DNA of 64,000 bases from Amoebophrya sp. A120 (lineage: Eukaryota > Protista > Dinoflagellata), in NCBI GenBank assembly GCA_905178155.1, contig CAJINV010000002.1, positions 12,161,621-12,225,620 of the forward strand, written 5' to 3'. Below the pieces are notes generated by a model that ran no database searches, was not told the DNA's origin, and was given only the letters and a program-made list of their open reading frames with translations. This document shows positions 61,707-64,000 of the stretch, in pieces; within the stretch, counting starts at the first letter, position 1, and each line of letters opens with the position of its first letter. A program made the position numbers and the translations under genes.

Positions 61707-64000
61707 TTATGAACTCGAGGAGCCGTCGACGTCGTCATCATCGTCGTCGTCGGAGTCTTCGTCCGATCCGGATTCATCGTCGTCGTCTTCATCTGAAGGC
61801 TATCAGACCGAAAAGTACTTGTTTTCATACAGCACGTCGTTAGAACGTGATGTTCCTCTTGCATTTCCACTCATGACGTCCTGAGGCTCGTCGCTTTTTT
61901 TCTCAAAGAGTATCCTCTTGCTCTTGGTGCCCATGCTCTAGCACTGCTTCAGCTATAGCTGCTGCACATTTGAATGATGTTCTCTTGAATGAAGATCCAC
62001 ATTCTTGAGCAGTTTTATTTGCATTCTTGCTTTGTTATAATTTAAATTTTCAATATCTGTTGTATAAAAAGCGCGGGCACCGCACCTTGATTTCGCGTGT
62101 TCTCTTTAATCTGCAAGTTTTATTGTAACTAAGACTAAGTAAAGAATCCACTTCGATGGAGTAAGTATGCAAATGCATCTTCATGACTGTATGTCAAGTC
62201 CGCATCACAACAACTGCACCGTACTACGTAAACTAGCCTTTTCGATGTGATAGACCGCTGTCGTCCTCGTCGCTGTCGTCGTCCGAATCTTCGTCCGAGT
62301 CATCTTCGGATCCCGGCTTTTTGGCTTTGCTGGTCTTGCTCGCCGCTTGCGAGTTGTACTTGCTCTGCAACTGCGAAGCAATGGTGGATAGCGCCGACAC
62401 AGAGGTTGGGTGGGCACTGTCGCCAGACCCAGACGAGCTGCTTCCCCCGGAAACGCCGCTTTTGCTTGCCCCCGATTTCGATTCGTAGCCGGACTCGTAG
62501 TCTTCGTCCTCGTCCTCCTCCTCCTCGCTGTAGTACTCCGACGATTCCTATGCACAGAAAAAAACCCATCCACATCCATTTTTTGCATGACAAACACAGG
62601 ATTTTACGTATGTTTTGCATGACAAATTGGATGTGGATGGGTGTTTTTTCCTGGATAATTCCTCCTCGTCTTCGTCCCGATAGACGCGGGACATGGCCAT
62701 CAAGTCCTCCTCCTCGTGCTCCTGCGCCAGGGCGACGGTGAGGCCGGGGTTCAGCTTCACCTTCTCCAAGCCCTCCCGGATGGCCTTCTGCATGCCGCCC
62801 TGGGGGTCCGCCCCGAACTCCCACAGCTGCTCGGTGTCCACGGCGTCCTTGTCCAGCTTATCGATCTCCGCCCGCCGGCTGGCCTGCAGTAAGGTTTCCA
62901 GGTCCTTGATGCGGTGCTTCATAGCTTTCGAGAGCCAGGGCGCCAGTGGCATGGTCTCCAGCGGCTTGGCCAGTTTCTGCATCTCCGCCAACTCCTTCTC
63001 GATCAGCTTGGTCTCGCTCTTGTGCGGCAGGGGGCGCGAGAAGATCTCGCCCAGGACCTCGCGCTTGCCGTGCCAGTGCTCCAGCGGAATGCGGTTGGAT
63101 TTCCCGATCGCAAGCTTCATGTCGCGGTCGAACACATGGTCGGCGTCCGCGACGTAGCGCAGCCGCCCCTGGTTCGAGCTCCGCAAGTACTTCGTGATGG
63201 AATACCCGCGGTCCGGCTGCCGCTCCTGCACGGAGAGCGCGCCGTTCTGGCCCGTGATGATTTCCTCCCGGTCCATGTACTCGACGCGCACCGCGATCAC
63301 CTCCTCCAGCAGGTGAACGAGCATCATCAGCAGCTGCCCCTTTTTCACGAGCAGCGACACCTCCCGCTCGGTGTTGATGGCCACCTGGGTCTGCGGAATC
63401 AGCCCGGCGTACACGCAGCGCTCCAGGAAGAGCAGTGCGTGGCGGATCTCTAGCCGCGTCGCAGCTTCCGCGTTCAAGAAGGCGTGCCGCAGGTCCTGGT
63501 CCTTGTCCTTCAGTCCCTGCAGCCGGAACTTCATGCGGTCGCGAAAGTGCAGCAACTTGGAAAACTCCTGAGCCCGCTGCACGCACGCGGCGCTCCGCTT
63601 CTCGCCAAACACCTCCTCGTGCAGGCCGCGGATCAGCCACCGGTGGTCCCGCTCGATCTGCCGCAGGCGAACCTCCGCGAGGCACATCTGGCGGAGCAAA
63701 ACCGCGCGGTCCTCCAGGAGGTAGATCAGCGCGTTCTGGTGGATCCAGAAGGCGTGCACGGCGTGCGCCAGCGCGACAGACTGCTGGAACAGGGCGGGGG
63801 GGAGGCCCCGGTTCTCTTTCCCCATGAACTGGCTCACCACGGTGGGCAGGTACGGCAGTTGCGACGCGATGGCGCGGAGCACGCCCGTCAAATCGGCCAC
63901 CCCGTGGACCAGCACCTCGTTCTTCCGGGCCAGTTGCGCAAGCAAACCGTCCCGCTGCAGGTTGGCAAAATCGTTGTCCGGGAGCAGCTGCGCGGCGTGG
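61707..64000 (-). CDS. 3' part of a large hypothetical helical protein with an acidic D/E/S tail; exons >64000-62658, 62548-62253, 61800-61707
   Basis: ORF with strong GC3 bias runs off the window; removing two introners gives EE-SSEYYSEEE... and DDSG-PSDEDDD...SS*. Confidence 0.75.
61801..62252. mobile_element. Introner, 452 bp (TSD eroded)
   Basis: TIR TATCAGACCGAAAAG vs TATCACATCGAAAAG (13/15); removal joins two acidic exons in frame. Confidence 0.8.
62549..62657. mobile_element. Introner of the CCCATCCCCATCCA family, 109 bp
   Basis: Family TIRs; perfect TSD ATTCC; same length as and highly similar to the 44034-44142 copy. Confidence 0.93.

Noticed and set aside
6885-62657. Interpreting the TA...TA ends as Tc1/mariner TA target duplications
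   Set aside because: Perfect 5-bp duplications lie outside the TA, and paralogue empty sites lack the TA, so it belongs to the element.
129-63827. Numerous plus-strand and alternate-frame ORFs (e.g. 33782..34780, 43104..44075, 16910..17836)
   Set aside because: Antisense shadows of GC3-rich minus-strand genes; no motifs of their own.

Overview
Eukaryotic, intron-containing genomic DNA. I infer a myzozoan alveolate, most likely the parasitic syndinian dinoflagellate Amoebophrya, because every credible gene lies on the minus strand, many introns are non-canonical and bounded by inverted repeats, and a dinoflagellate spliced-leader-like 22-mer is present. Recognisable genes: PAP2/dolichyl-pyrophosphatase-like phosphatase, Tim17/22/23-family protein, protein disulfide isomerase, cathepsin C/DPAP, an N-acylated calpain and a BSD-domain protein. 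Unassigned genes: a ~2800-aa Cys-rich CxW-repeat protein, a coiled-coil protein and two large tandem paralogous secreted proteins. The dominant unusual signal is at least 15 TAT...ATA terminal-inverted-repeat elements, mostly with 5-bp target-site duplications. Fourteen interrupt coding exons and restore the frame when removed as introns (introners). They occur in both orientations, share an internal GCATGACAA motif across unrelated TIR families, are private to one or the other paralogue, and one carries a spliced-leader-like sequence. Large canonical introns hold transposase relics, a duplicated splice acceptor and a repeat-bounded composite element. All exon junctions were inferred by hand from DNA and need RNA confirmation.
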